Below, piece after piece: positions 23,570 through 35,586 of a stretch of 40,861 bases of DNA. Under the pieces are notes generated by a model. It worked only from the letters and a program-made list of their open reading frames with translations, had not been told where the DNA came from and did no database searches. Numbering within the stretch: position 1 is the stretch's first letter; each line of letters begins with the position of its first letter. A program made the position numbers and the translations under genes. Source of the stretch: Octopus bimaculoides (lineage: Eukaryota); assembly GCF_001194135.2 (NCBI RefSeq), contig NC_068986.1, positions 74,262,499-74,303,359 on the forward strand. The letters run 5' to 3'.

Positions 23570-23750
23570 CATATATATCAACTTGCAGAAACAAAATGAC
23601 AAGGCTCTGTGCAAGATATATCAGCTAGAACCAAAGCATACACTCTTGTATAAAAATTACATCAGCTACACACAAAACATACATTATTATACAGAACTCA
23701 CATCAGCTAGATACAAAACATACACTCTTGTACAGACATCAACTGGACAC
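23570..23750 (+). repeat. Degenerate minisatellite, unit about 41 bp, 4-5 copies
   Basis: tcagct/tcaact anchors at about 23578, 23621, 23662, 23703 and 23739, with recurring aaaacatacactcttgta. Confidence 0.75.
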
Positions 23751-24619
23751 TAGTATGTTAGTATAAGTTTACCAAAACAACTCTTCTCTATTGTGATGTT
23801 ATTATTATTATGCTTATAACAATTTTGTGCATTTCATGTGCTTCATGTGATTGTGTCTATTTAAGGTAGGTCGTAATTCAGTGTAAACAGCAGGGTTATT
23901 TTCGTTGGATAAAAAATGTCTGAATGTAAAAGATCACATATGACTGTCAACATGACAATACTTAGATCATAGTTATGTTACATAACCCTACTTAACCAGG
24001 AAATTTCTCCATTATGCACACAGGATTCTCATATGACATCTTTTGAATCAAATACATTTCAACACACTTACAGCTAGAAAAACGCTGAATTATTGTAATA
24101 GTACTGGCATTAGGAGACAAAATATTGGTACAGAATCTGTGCAGCAGTTACTTTGGAAGTGTATTGTTGAAGAAATCAATGTCTTTTTTTATGCTGACAT
24201 AAAACTTGAGGCTTATAGAGGTAGAGAAATTAGAAGCATGTTTAGATTTTCTAGGTCTGGAGGAAAGGAATTGAGTCTATGATTTTCGCAAACTCTTCTT
24301 CAAGACTTGGGAGATCAATGCGTTAATGTTTACAGCTTTCCTAAGAGGATTAGCCATATAAATGAAGCAGTTATAATCTGAATGAAAACAATTACTTCCA
24401 CAAATTAGACATTTGCATGATTAATGCTTTAGCCCTATATCTAATTGTACACCCTTCTGTATAGTCAGGTAGTAAAGTGATAAAATCCCTTGCCGGTAAT
24501 CAGAGAGAGAGAGAGAGGCTGTCCACTCAACTGATACACTGCTGTTATCACATAGATAACAGTCTCTAGTAATGATATTATTTTCTGATCCATGGATCCA
24601 CATTTTCTGATCAATGGTG

Positions 24620-25150
24620 CTAGCCTTAGCATGCTTGAGGCACTGTGACTTTAGTGCCTTGTTTTGCCCATGTCTTCTATGGTGTGCCACACTGGATTCT
24701 CTAGTGCATGGGTTGCTGCTGCTACGAAAGTTGGTGTAGTAGTCTTTTGGTGCTCATCTTACAGATGTGGCCAAACCATTGTAGCCTGCACTGCCAGACA
24801 TGGTCTTCAATGGTCGGCTGCTGCTGGCATTGTTCTTGGATGTTGTTGCGTGAGAATCAGTTGCATTGGGACATATCAAGGATCTGACAAAGACACTGCA
24901 TTTAAGACACCTCAATCTTGTTCAGGCCCTGTTTGAGGATGGTTCAGGTCTCAGCACTCGAGGAAGACAGGCAGAACTAGTGTGTAGAAAAGACAGATCT
25001 CGGTCCTTAGGGAGATGTTGGGCTTCTTCAAGACACACTATTGAAGAGATGCGAACACAAAGTCACTGACCTGATTGGACAGCTGATCCCTGCTGTTGAT
25101 GTCACTTCCTTCTCTTCAACCAGTGGGCCAAGATATTCGAACTCCCATAT
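24620..25150 (-). mobile_element. RTE-clade LINE RT C-terminal remnant
   Basis: Minus strand: FEYLG..., ISLRTEICLFYTLVLPV, AET*T, NKIEV, QILD, PTIEDHVWQCRLQWFGHICKM; contains stops and frameshifts. Confidence 0.8.
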
Positions 25151-25404
25151 CTGGTTGTGTACTAGTGTACATACTAAAATATAGAACCAAGGTTTGAATT
25201 CTTTTATCAATTGGAAACTGTTCAATTTGTCAGTATTAGAAGAGAAAAATAGAAATATAAAAAAACAAAAACACAGAAAGATAGAGAAGGAGCTGAATAA
25301 GAGACATGGTAAAAGCAGCAACAAAAATGTAAGCCTTAAATAGGGAGAGAAGAAAAGATAAGAGTGTCTATAAAGTAAAATTACTGAACAATCTTCTTTT
25401 CCAG

Positions 25405-25517
25405 ATTCAATCTATTGGAAGAACCTGAAGATGTTACATACAAAAGAACCAATCACATCTCCTCTTACAACACTGCCATCTGAAGAACTCCAGCAAAAAG
25501 GCGTGGAACTTTTTAAG
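25405..25517 (+). CDS. PLEKHH1/2: Exon E, start of the MyTH4 region
   Basis: cttttccag acceptor and AAG|gttagt donor; 113 nt, phase 1 to 0, joining exon D through A+AT = Asn; (N)SIYWKNLKMLHTKEPITSPLTTLPSEELQQKGVELFK contains the SPLTTLPSE motif. Confidence 0.95.
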
Positions 25518-26092
25518 GTTAGTTTACAATAAACAATATAAGTGTCACTTCATTGAATGTTGTGTGTATGTGTGTGTGTGTGTGTGTGTGTTCTATCATG
25601 TTGTAGCCAATGAGGTTTATTGGTTGCACAAGTTGTAGCACTATTTATGATAATTGATAATTGTTGTTCTCATGAGTAAAACACAGACCTTGAATAAACT
25701 GGTGATGGTTTATGTTAGCAGAAATTTCATGATGGAGTTTGTAAGTTTAGGTAATTGTGTATTTGCAGTGACAGAAGCATTTTTGGTGTTTTTCCTTTAG
25801 CTGAGTGAAAGAGAATAATTTTTTTTTTTTTTTTTGTGAAAAACAAATTTCCATCTCTCAGAGAGACAACCCTAAGTTGTCAATAGTTCCACTTCTGCTC
25901 ATGACATTCAGGGCTATCTAAACTCAAAAACTTCTTAGTTGTTTTTGTTGTAGTTGAATTTCTTCCAGTCAGATCTGTTCGACAAGTCTGAGTATGTAAT
26001 TTCACTGATTTTAATAACTTTATATTTTGGGATATTATCATGCGAGATAATTCTTCTCCCCAGCAACTTTCTTATTTGGATTTAGTAAAATG

Positions 26093-26810
26093 TAATATTT
26101 ATCCCTCACTTAATTGTTGATGTCTGTTAGAACAGGATATACTATGCTAAATCCCATGAGAGAAACTCTCATATTGGTGGAAAATGCACTCTTGTTTATA
26201 TCACGAGTGGAAAGATAAATCCCTGCTACCTCCAGCACTGATCAGATGATGTTGACCTTCAATAGTCTTGTCAATGATGGATTCTTGAATTCCAGGAGAG
26301 GTGTTGGTGTCATGATTAGCTAGTTAGCTTGTTAAAAAATATATATTAGTGACAGAGGCATTATTGATATTGAGAAGTAATATTTATTCCCACTTAAATG
26401 TGGATGTTCTGTTAGGACAAGCTATACTGCAGCATAAACCATGGGAGAAACTCTCATACTGTGTTTTTTTTGTTCGTTTTTTTGTGCAAAATGCACTCTT
26501 GTTTATATCGCCAGTGAAGAGATAAATCTCCACCATCTCCAACGCTGAGACCACCAGATCACATGATTTCAACCTTCCTTGGTCTTGTCAATGATGAATG
26601 CTTGACCGCTAGAGACAGTAGCAACTCATCTCCCCACCAGCGATATATTGAATAATGGTGCTAAAACAAGTATTGGTATTGTGATTAGCCAGTGAACTTG
26701 TTAAAGAATATATATATAAGCAACAGAGGCAGTATTAATATTGAGAGATAATATTTATCCTCACTCAAATGTGGATGTTGTGTTATAACAAACTTTACTG
26801 CAGTAGATAC
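26093..26810 (+). repeat. Diverged tandem duplication: units of 285 bp and 371 bp plus a partial third
   Basis: taatatttat anchors at 26093, 26378 and 26749; blocks gagaaactctcata, aaaatgcactcttgtttatatc and gtcttgtcaatgatg recur in order. Confidence 0.85.
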
Positions 26811-26952
26811 CAAGTAAAAAATATCTATTCCAGTGGAATAAGTGGAATAATTGATGACCTGGCACTATAAAATCAGACATCCAATATTGTTTCTTCATCA
26901 TCATCATCATCATTGTCATCTTCATTAATTTCACATCAACTTGTTAAACTTG

Positions 26953-27321
26953 TTTCCTCTACTTTAGAGAAGGCAGAGGTATTGTTTTCAGCCGTGTTTA
27001 TTTGTTTGTCCGTGGACAAGATATCTCAAGAACTGCTAGATGGATTTGGATGAAACTTTTAGAAATGTTTGGCCTTGTGACTAGCACGAACTGATTAGAT
27101 TTTGCGATTGATCTGGTACCGGACAAAGATTCTGGATTATTTTTCCTGTTTGCTTTACTTAATTTTTGAGAGTGCTTGGGTTCATTTTTAGTATTCTTGT
27201 TTGTGGGAGCAGTTGAGTTTATTTCAGATATTCTCATTTTAAAAGTCATCCCTGGCTAATCGTTGAGAGGATGTTGGTGTTGCCTTGGCAAAGGTTTGCA
27301 CTCTGTGAGATCTCTTGTTTT
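26953..27321 (+). mobile_element. Probable non-autonomous Helentron-type (HINE/DINE-1-like) element
   Basis: 5' gaaggcagaggtattgttttc followed by a gtttgtttgtcc motif; 3' ccttggcaaaggtttgcactctgtgagatctc resembles the HINE subterminal repeat plus hairpin; T-rich flanks. Confidence 0.5.
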
Positions 27322-27552
27322 TACAAAGCTCATGCTCTCACCATTAATCTATAAAGTGTTATCATTCCTTGTGATAGTTGTTCTTTGACTTACCTCCAGC
27401 TGATATCTAGGACTGGCGATCCTTCTGGATATATACAGTTTTGTTTGAGACAAGAATTCTTAGGACTGGATTGTTTGCCATTTAACCTCATTAATCGTGA
27501 CAATGTTGATTAAACTATCTGTAGCAGGGCAATTATTCAGCAGTTAAACAAA

Positions 27553-27720
27553 CTGGCACTCTGTCGATTATGAGGACAAGGGTTTCAGTTGATTCGATCA
27601 ATGGAACAGCCTGCTTGTAAAATTAATGTGAAAGTGGCTGAGCCCTCTACAGATATGCATAACTTTAATATAATTCTCAGGGAAATTCAGCATGACACAG
27701 AACGTGCCAGAATGTGAACA
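27553..27720 (-). mobile_element. 3' part of SINE family D
   Basis: Reverse complement resembles 6390-6556 (gcaggctgttcc and gatcgaatcaactg). Confidence 0.65.
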
Positions 27721-27954
27721 TACCAGTTCAGCAAAAGTGACTGATAGAATAAGTACCAAACCTAAAAAGAAAAGAAATATTGGGGTTGATTCACTCAACT
27801 AAAATTCCTCAAGGTGGTGCTCCAGTATGACTGTAGTTTAATGATTGAAACCAGTAAAAGATATTGTATAACATTGACCCAGGATTCAACTGGTATTTAT
27901 TTCATCGACCTTGAAAGTATGAAAGGTAACTTGACTTCCTTTAAAATACAAAGA

Positions 27955-28095
27955 CTACTCATTTTTGCCAACTGAGTGGACTGGAGCAATGTGAAGTAAA
28001 GTGTCTTGCTCAAGGACACAACATGTTGCCAGTTTTCAAACTCACAACTTTACAATCGTGAGCCGAATATCCTAACCACTAAGTCATACACCTTC
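27955..28095 (-). mobile_element. SINE family E
   Basis: ctgagtggactggagcaa, gtgtcttgctcaaggacacaac and cctaaccact. Confidence 0.7.
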
Positions 28096-28399
28096 AGTGG
28101 TACAAGAGAGTTATTATTGGTTATACTCTATGTATACTTGCTAGTATAATTCCTGTAAATGAGGTATCCAGGAAACCAAGGTGATTTACCAATTCCTGGT
28201 TAAAATCAGTTGAAGTTATTTAAGGATAAGTCTGCTGTAGAATGTTTTTGATCAAAGAAAGTACATGATGTTACTTACTCAACTGAGAATGCTTTACCAA
28301 TAATATGCCAAGATATACTAGTGAGGTTATACAATTGGTTGAATGAGCTAGTAGTAAGTAGCTGTTTTGTAAAACTGGTGGTATGTTTCAGTGTCATAT

Positions 28400-28712
28400 A
28401 ACTGGCACCCGTGTTGGTGGCAAGTAAAAAGCACCCTTTGAATTTTGGATGATGTGTCGTGCTTGAGAAGAACCATCTAGTCAAGTGAAATTATAGTCAT
28501 GGCTGATGTTAGAGTCACATAACTGGTACCTGTGCTGGTGGCATGAAAAAATCACCCTTTGAATGCTGAGCCTCATGGAGGTAGTGACAAGTGACCAAGA
28601 CCTTTGGTGATATACTATGCTCGAGAAGACCTGTCAAACTAAGTGAGATCATAGTCATGGCTCATGTCGGTGTTCTGTAACTGGCACCAGTGCTGGTGGC
28701 ACATAAAAAGAA
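28400..28712 (+). mobile_element. Family C retroposon body with internal tandem modules
   Basis: Three repeats of the module taactggcacc..gtgctggtggca..aaaaag. Confidence 0.65.
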
Positions 28713-29131
28713 GCTTGTTGTATATACATATGTGTGTATATGTGTTTGTGTCTCAATGTGTCCTCCACCACCACTTGACAAATGGTGTTGGTTTATTTAT
28801 GCCCCCATAACTTACCAGTACTGATAGAATAAGTACCAAACTTAAAAAGAAAATAAACATTGGGGTTGATTCACTCGACTAAAATTTCCTCAAGGAGGTG
28901 GCTCAGTATGGCTGCAGTCTAATGAAACCAGTAAAAGATATTGTATAACATCGACCCCCAAGACTCAACTGGTACTTATTTCATCGACCCTAAAAGTATG
29001 AAAGCAAAATTTGAACTCAGAGCATAGAGACTGATAAAATGCTGCTAAGCATTTTGTCTGGTGAGCTAACAACTCTGCCAGCTTGTTATCTAGATAATAA
29101 TAACAGTAGTAATATAATAATAATAATGATA

Positions 29132-29347
29132 ATCCTTTCTACTATAGGAACAAGGGCTGAAATTTTGGGGGAGGGGACAAGTCAGTGACATCGACCCCAG
29201 TGATTGACTGGTACTTAATTTATCGACCCCCAAAAGGATGAATGGCTAAGTCAACCTTGGCGGAATTTGAACACAGAACACTAAAGACTAACGGAATATC
29301 GCTAAACATTTCACCTGGCATGCTAATGATTCTGCCAGCTCACCGCC

Positions 29348-29348
<1 letters not shown>
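29132..29348 (-). mobile_element. SINE family B between two (TAA)n tracts
   Basis: aatcctttctactatagg tail through gccagctcaccgcc head. Confidence 0.85.
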
Positions 29349-29379
<31 letters not shown>

Positions 29380-29780
29380 CAGAGATCATGAAGAAAAAAA
29401 TGCTTTCTAATTGATGTATCAATACCAGCAGATGACAACGTTTCCGTAAAAGAAATGGAGAAACTTTCAAAATACAAAGACCTGGAAATAGAGGTAACTC
29501 GAATGTGGAATCTAAAAACAGAAACAATTCCTATCATAGTAGGCACATTAGGTATGGTAAAAAAATATTCAGACAAATACATAACAAAAACACCAGGACT
29601 TACAAGTATATATAACATACAGAAAATTGTACTACTGACCACTGCACACATCCTATGCAAAAAACTTTCAATACAGTAACCAAAAGAGCATCACAGCAAA
29701 CCACAGCACATACCCAAGGCACACAGAGCTGTGCTCGGTAGTGAAGTGAAAGCATGCTATAAAAATAAAACTACTGAATA
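29380..29780 (+). mobile_element. 5'-truncated R4/Dong-like non-LTR retrotransposon (restriction-like endonuclease C-terminus plus 3' UTR)
   Basis: CFLIDVSIPADDNVSVKEMEKLSKYKDLEIEVTRMWNLKTETIPIIVGTLG, the D..P....K..KY..L RLE motif; (TAA)n on both sides. Confidence 0.85.
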
Positions 29781-29819
29781 ATGATAATAATAATAATAAT
29801 AATGATAATAATAATAATG

Positions 29820-30247
29820 AAATAGCTTATGGAAGCTTTAATGTTTGCATAAATGTAATTCATAATGGGTATATATTTATACCAATAATTGATTACTTAA
29901 AGCATATATTTTAAAGAAATTCTCTACCAGAGGAAATCAGTAAGCTTGTAAGCTAGAATATTTAATTGCAAAATAAATTAGAAAATAGAAAATAGAATTT
30001 ATCCATTTTGATTTTAAGATTGATTAAGTTGAAAACAACTTTAATGAATAATGTTTGTGAATCCCTTACAACTTCTCACAGAGTCTAAAGATATTTTGCA
30101 ATTAAATATTCTAGCTTACAAGCTTACTGATTTCCTCTGGTAGAGAATTTCTTTAAAATATATGCTTTAAGTAATCAATTATTGGTATAAATATATACCC
30201 ATTATGAATTACATTTATGCAAACATTAAAGCTTCCATAAGCTATTT
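29820..30247. repeat. Perfect inverted repeat: 156-bp arms (29820-29975 and 30092-30247), 116-bp spacer
   Basis: Arms compared base by base; no mismatch found. Confidence 0.95.
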
Positions 30248-31764
30248 TATTTCTTTGAGCTATTATCAACATTTCTGAGTATCTCTTGGAGGTTTATCCA
30301 TAATTTCATAACATTTTCTTTCCAATTCTCAGCTCTAGGTATGGCTGTATGACAAGAAGCTTGCTTCCCAGCCACATGATTCTGTGTTCAGTCCCATTGC
30401 GTAACTCCTTGGGCAAGTGTAGGTAAAAAACGGTTGAGAATCACAGATTTAGGTGTTTTGATAGGATCCAGTGAGTCCATGAGCTACACTGTGTTCCGGT
30501 GTCTGCTTTGGTGAGATTTCTACTCCTGGATGTCCTTCCTAATCCCAACCACTTTACAATGTATGTGCTGCTTTTTCATGACACCAGCACAATCATGGTT
30601 ACCATGCAGCTTAAAAGACTACAACTCCTGAGGGAGGTGTGTGTTGGTTTTATACTAAAGCAGTGATTACCAACATTGTGACATATGCCCCACTAATGGA
30701 GCCTGGAAAAATTGTGGTGGAGTGTGGTGCCATAGTTGTCAGTCACAAGGTTCTTATTAAAGTGATTCCTTTTTTTCTTTCCTTAGTCAATAATATACTT
30801 TTTTTTTTTGTACTCAGCACTTAATAAAAGAATTGCCGGTGGATTCTTTTGTATTAAATAATTTTGATAGAAAATTGATTTGAATATTGGTACAAGGGCA
30901 GCTATTTCAGGAAGGGGTTAAGTTGATTACATCGACTTCAGTGTTCTTATTTTATCAACCCCAATAGGATGTCGAGGATGAAAGGCAAGGTTGACCTCAG
31001 CAAAATTCCATTGTGATAAAATATTTAAAATAAAGTTTTTTTCCCAACCACCAATGGGGCATACATTTTTCTGGAAAGTTATAGTGGAGCTTGGGGGAAA
31101 ATAGATTGGGGAACATTGTACAAAAGGATGAAGGGTTAAGGTAAGAGAGAACATGGGCATTATGTCAAAATGGTGCTCCATCATGGCCGCAGCCTAAGGG
31201 CTGAAACATAAAAAAAAAATAAAAGAATAAAAGAATAAAATACTCCAACTGTCTTTATTGATTTGGATCTTATTGGATATTATTTTGTATTTTTAACATT
31301 ATTTCCTTATTCATATATTCAATTTATGCGTATAGATAATGAATGACCAATAGTAATTTGTATAAAAATATTCTTATTGTATAGTAAAGTACACTTCATG
31401 CAAACTTCCAAACTACTGATAAACCATTTCCAATTAAACCATCTTCAATGCTATCGCTAGATATTAATTCATTCTCAATCTCAGACTTGCCTTTTCACTA
31501 TTTCTGTGGAAGACCAAATGTTTAGTAATTTTTTCTGTTTTTTTTTTATCTCTTATAGAATAGAAACCAGACATTCAGTAGATTCTTTATTCAGAAATAG
31601 ATTATAGATTAAACGGCTTATATCATGATGTGTGAACAACATTGATGATTTTGGATTAAATCCAACATCAATCACAGGAAAATTCCTGGTTATTTTCATT
31701 CATTTCCTTCTGTCAATATAATTCAGATTGATCTAAACAGTCATCTGAGATAGTGAAAGTAAAA

Positions 31765-31930
31765 ACAGAATGAGGTAGTTCAACAGAATGATGTAGTTCT
31801 CCAGAAAGCGTAGTATATCAGAATGAGTAGTTTAACAGAATGAAATAATTGAACTGAATGAGATAACCCACTGAGTATGTACTTCAATGGAATGGAGTTC
31901 AACAGAATGTATAATTCAACAGGATGAAAT
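31765..31930 (+). repeat. Degenerate minisatellite, unit about 19 bp (aacagaatgaggtagttc)
   Basis: Recurrent cagaatg and agttcaa motifs. Confidence 0.65.
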
Positions 31931-32934
31931 AGACTATAGCAGGATATGCTACAAGATATTTTATAACTGACAGCAGTAGTTCAGTGATATCTAGGGAATT
32001 GTTTTGTAGCTAAAGTCAATGATATAACGAAAATTACTTGTCATTGATTGGTTCCTTGTAGGCTATTGGTGTTCAAAAATTCTCAAACCTTGTATATCCC
32101 TATATTCCATTGTTTTAGATTCTTCTTGTAAGACTGATGGATTAAAAGACAAGTTCATGGATTATCTTCAGCCCTCATCTTTAAATTTAGCCCTTTAGCA
32201 TTCAGACTACCTTTGTAGTAAGTACTGCTCCAGCACATCTGACACATATGAAGCTTCCCTCTCTGTTAGTCTATTCATGATTCTACTACATCTTTTGCGT
32301 GTCCATAGTTTACATCAAGTTGGGCAAATGGAGTTCATACCTACTCCTTTTCTGCAAATCAAATTGCTTTAGTATTACTAAATATAATACAAAATATTTA
32401 TATCAAAGTTGTACAGTTTATTATCCCTAGCTGTAATTTAACGAATGAGTTAATTAGATGGAGTTAATTAGCAAAATTATAAAAAGATCAAAATCAAAAT
32501 TTCGAACATTTTTGTAATGATAGTTAGAGACAAAACAAATATTTTTGCTAAATTCTAAATTAAAAAATAATTTAAAGCGTAAAGGAATCTAGTGAATAAA
32601 ACCAATTGTTATTATATAAAAAAAAAATGTTGTTATTGTTGTTACCCAGATAGCTGATTATTTTATTTCATCGAATATTTTGTTTATATGCTTTTTTTCT
32701 TTGTGAGATATTCTGTTTCAAACATTCCATCTCTAATTTCTGCCATTACTCCAAATTTCACTATCACCTACCTCGTTTCCATTTGATGAATTGGAAGGTA
32801 TCAATAATAATAATGATAATAATTGAGCCTGTCCCTTAGTTGCTGACAATATGTGCATCTCTGATCACAAGCAGGAGTAGCTGGGGTGCATTATAGCCAT
32901 ATGTTGAGAGGAATTCTGTCTCAAACATTCCGTC

Positions 32935-33440
32935 TCTTTCCATGCTAGCATGGGTTGGACGATTTGACTGAGGACTGGCGAGCCAGCAGGCTGCACCAGG
33001 CTCCAATCTAATCTGGCAGAGTTTCTACAGCTGGATGCCCTTCCTAATGCCAACCACTTCAAGAGTGTAGTGGGTGCTTTTACGTGCCACTGGCATGAGG
33101 GCCAGTTACACAGTACTGGCAACGACCATGCTCAAAAAGGTGTTTTTTATGTTCCACCTGCACGGGAGCCAGTCCAGCAGCACTGGCAATGACCTCGCTC
33201 GAATGATTTTCTAACATGCCACCAGCACAAGTGCTAGGAGGTGACGCTGGTAACAATTTCGCTCAAATGGTGCTATTTACAGGCCACTAGCATGGAAGCC
33301 AGACAGTTGCTCTGGCAATGAACACGCTCAAACAGTGCTGTTAGTGCTTCACAGGCGCAGGTGTCATCGAGTATGGTTCAATTACAATTTTGATTCCAAT
33401 TTCACTTGCCCCAACAGGTCTTCGCAAGCAGAGTTTAGTG
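32935..33440 (-). mobile_element. Family C retroposon, long copy with internal modules
   Basis: tttccatgctagcatggg, ctacagctggatgcccttcctaatgccaacc and repeated cactggcaa..gacc..gctc units. Confidence 0.75.
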
Positions 33441-34519
33441 TTCAATGAAGGAGAGGTTGGCATGGGTGCCAAAGTGTTATTTCCTATTTGTTTCAGAAAT
33501 CAAAGAGAATTATTTCTATTCCTTTGAAAGTTTACTTTTGTGACCTGGATATCAATGTTTGGAAATTGATCTATTTTCCATTACATTTCAGACAGATTCA
33601 GCAGTGAGCTGCTGAAGTAGAAATATTGTTATAGGAAATATTCTGCTCAATACTGCAGATTTGTTTATCAGTTGCTTGACTTTAACCACTTGAGCATGTC
33701 CCTTAGTGGCTGAGAATATGTACATCTCTGATCATGAGTAGGAGTAGTGTTGAGAGGGATTATTTGGGGTTTGAATAAATGTAACAAAAGCAAAATTTGA
33801 AAGGAAGTATTAGCCATTTGTCATACATTCTAGGGGTAAGCAAACAGGAAATAACAGTTGTTACCCAAGGACAAAAATCGTGTTACACAGTGTAATTATT
33901 CCTGACATTTGGGAAAGCAGTTTGTCAATCAAATGAACCAGAGTACTTAACTGTTATTTTATTTTAGCAACCCCAGGAGGATGAAAGGCAGAGTCAACCT
34001 CTTGTCCTTCTGGGATTGATGTAACAAAGTAGCAGTCAAGAAAGCTACAGTGTAGCGTCTACAGAGGTGTACAACAATTTATGCTATTTAGCTCAGTATT
34101 ATATGTTTCTGTGTTTCCCGGTTAGTTAGAATGCTATTACAGTTCGTCCTCGTTATGCCAGTAACCTAAGTAATTATAATTGAATAGAACCAATTCATTC
34201 TCTCCACTAACAGAGAATTGTCTTGTGTCTAAGAAAGGAATCAATAATTATCATCATCTTCTATTCAAGCCAGAACTGGTTCTTAGACTTGTTGGCTGAT
34301 TCAAACTTCTTTACTGATCAACAATTCACGCATTTGTACAATCAAGATCCAAAATGTTTTTTTTTTTTTTCCTTTTGTAATGTAAAAGACATTTTTCTCA
34401 CTGTGAAATTGCATATATAAAAATGTTGATTTGGTGACTGACTGACGAAATTAGTTTTCATCATGAAAGACATATTAGACATAGAGGCTGACAAAAATTG
34501 AGACCATAAGAGCAATAAT

Positions 34520-34980
34520 AATGATTCCAAATTTTGGCACAAGTCCACTAATTTCTGGGGATGAGGTAAGTCGATTGCATTGACCCCAGGAATCAACTGG
34601 CACCTATTTTATCGACCCTGAAAGGATGAAAGGCAAAGTTGACCTGGGCCGAGTTTGAACTCAGAATGTTGCAACAAATGAAATATTGCTATGTATTTTG
34701 TCTAGCATGCTAACAATTCTATCAGCTTGCTGTCTTTATAATAATGATGATGATGATGATGGTGATGATTTCAAATTTTGGCACAAGGCCAATAATTTTA
34801 GAGGAGAGGGTAAGTTGATTACAATGACTCCAGTATTCAGCTGGTGCACATTACATTGACCCCAAAAGGATAGAGGGCAAAGTTAACCTCCATAAAATTT
34901 GAACTCAGAATGTAAAGGCAGAAGAAATGCTGCTAAGCATTTTCTCTGGCATACTAACAATTCTGCCATCTTGCTACCTT
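34520..34980 (-). mobile_element. Two head-to-tail SINE family B copies separated by (TAA/TGA)n
   Basis: Copies at about 34523-34735 and 34770-34980, both with the gaaaggcaaagttgacc / gaactcagaatgt core. Confidence 0.8.
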
Positions 34981-34997
34981 TGTAATAATAATAATAG

Positions 34998-35545
34998 CTC
35001 TGATGCAGTAGCAGGCAATAGCTCTCATAGTTTCTCATCTTAGCTAACTGGAAGTGCTAAATACGTATGTTTTGTTTTGGTGTAAAAGATGGGCTGCAAC
35101 AAATTTTCTGCTCAATACTATAGGTTTGCTTGTCAGTTGTTTGACATTAATCAGTTGAGCATCTCACTTTATGGTTGATGATATGCGCATCTCTGATGAT
35201 GGGTAGGAGTAGTGGAGGAGCATTGTAGCCGTGTGTTGAGAGGGATTCATTTGGGTTTGAACAATTCACCTCTGGAAATATGGGTGTTTCTTTCATCAGC
35301 CTCAAACATCCCTTATCCAAGAACCTTTTGAGTGGGATGGGTTACTTGACTTGACTTCAAGAAAATTCTAACTGGGCCTCACTTACAAGGTCATATCTTG
35401 ATACAAAATCATCATGTTGTGCATATATAGTTGCGATGCATGTGCCTGGTGTACCCTTATCAGATGGGTAGTCATGATGAGTATACTGGGCTTCGTACAT
35501 TTGTACCCCAATGTCACTCTGATGATATGTGCTGCTCTCTCACTC
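34998..35545 (+). mobile_element. Non-coding 550-bp retroposon 3' segment (family G) ending in ctctctcactc(AAT)n
   Basis: Partial homologous copies at about 32825-32915 and 33625-33780; flanked by (TAA)n on both sides. Family assignment uncertain. Confidence 0.55.
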
Positions 35546-35586
35546 AATAATAATAATAATGGTAATAATAATGATGATAATAATAA

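Noticed and set aside
31765-31930. CRISPR-like repeat-spacer array
   Set aside because: Units are contiguous and degenerate with no unique spacers and no cas genes; eukaryotic minisatellite.
32100-32200. Candidate next exon after ttttag at about 32118
   Set aside because: The frames examined hit stops and do not resemble the expected QLFI/IDYH sequence.
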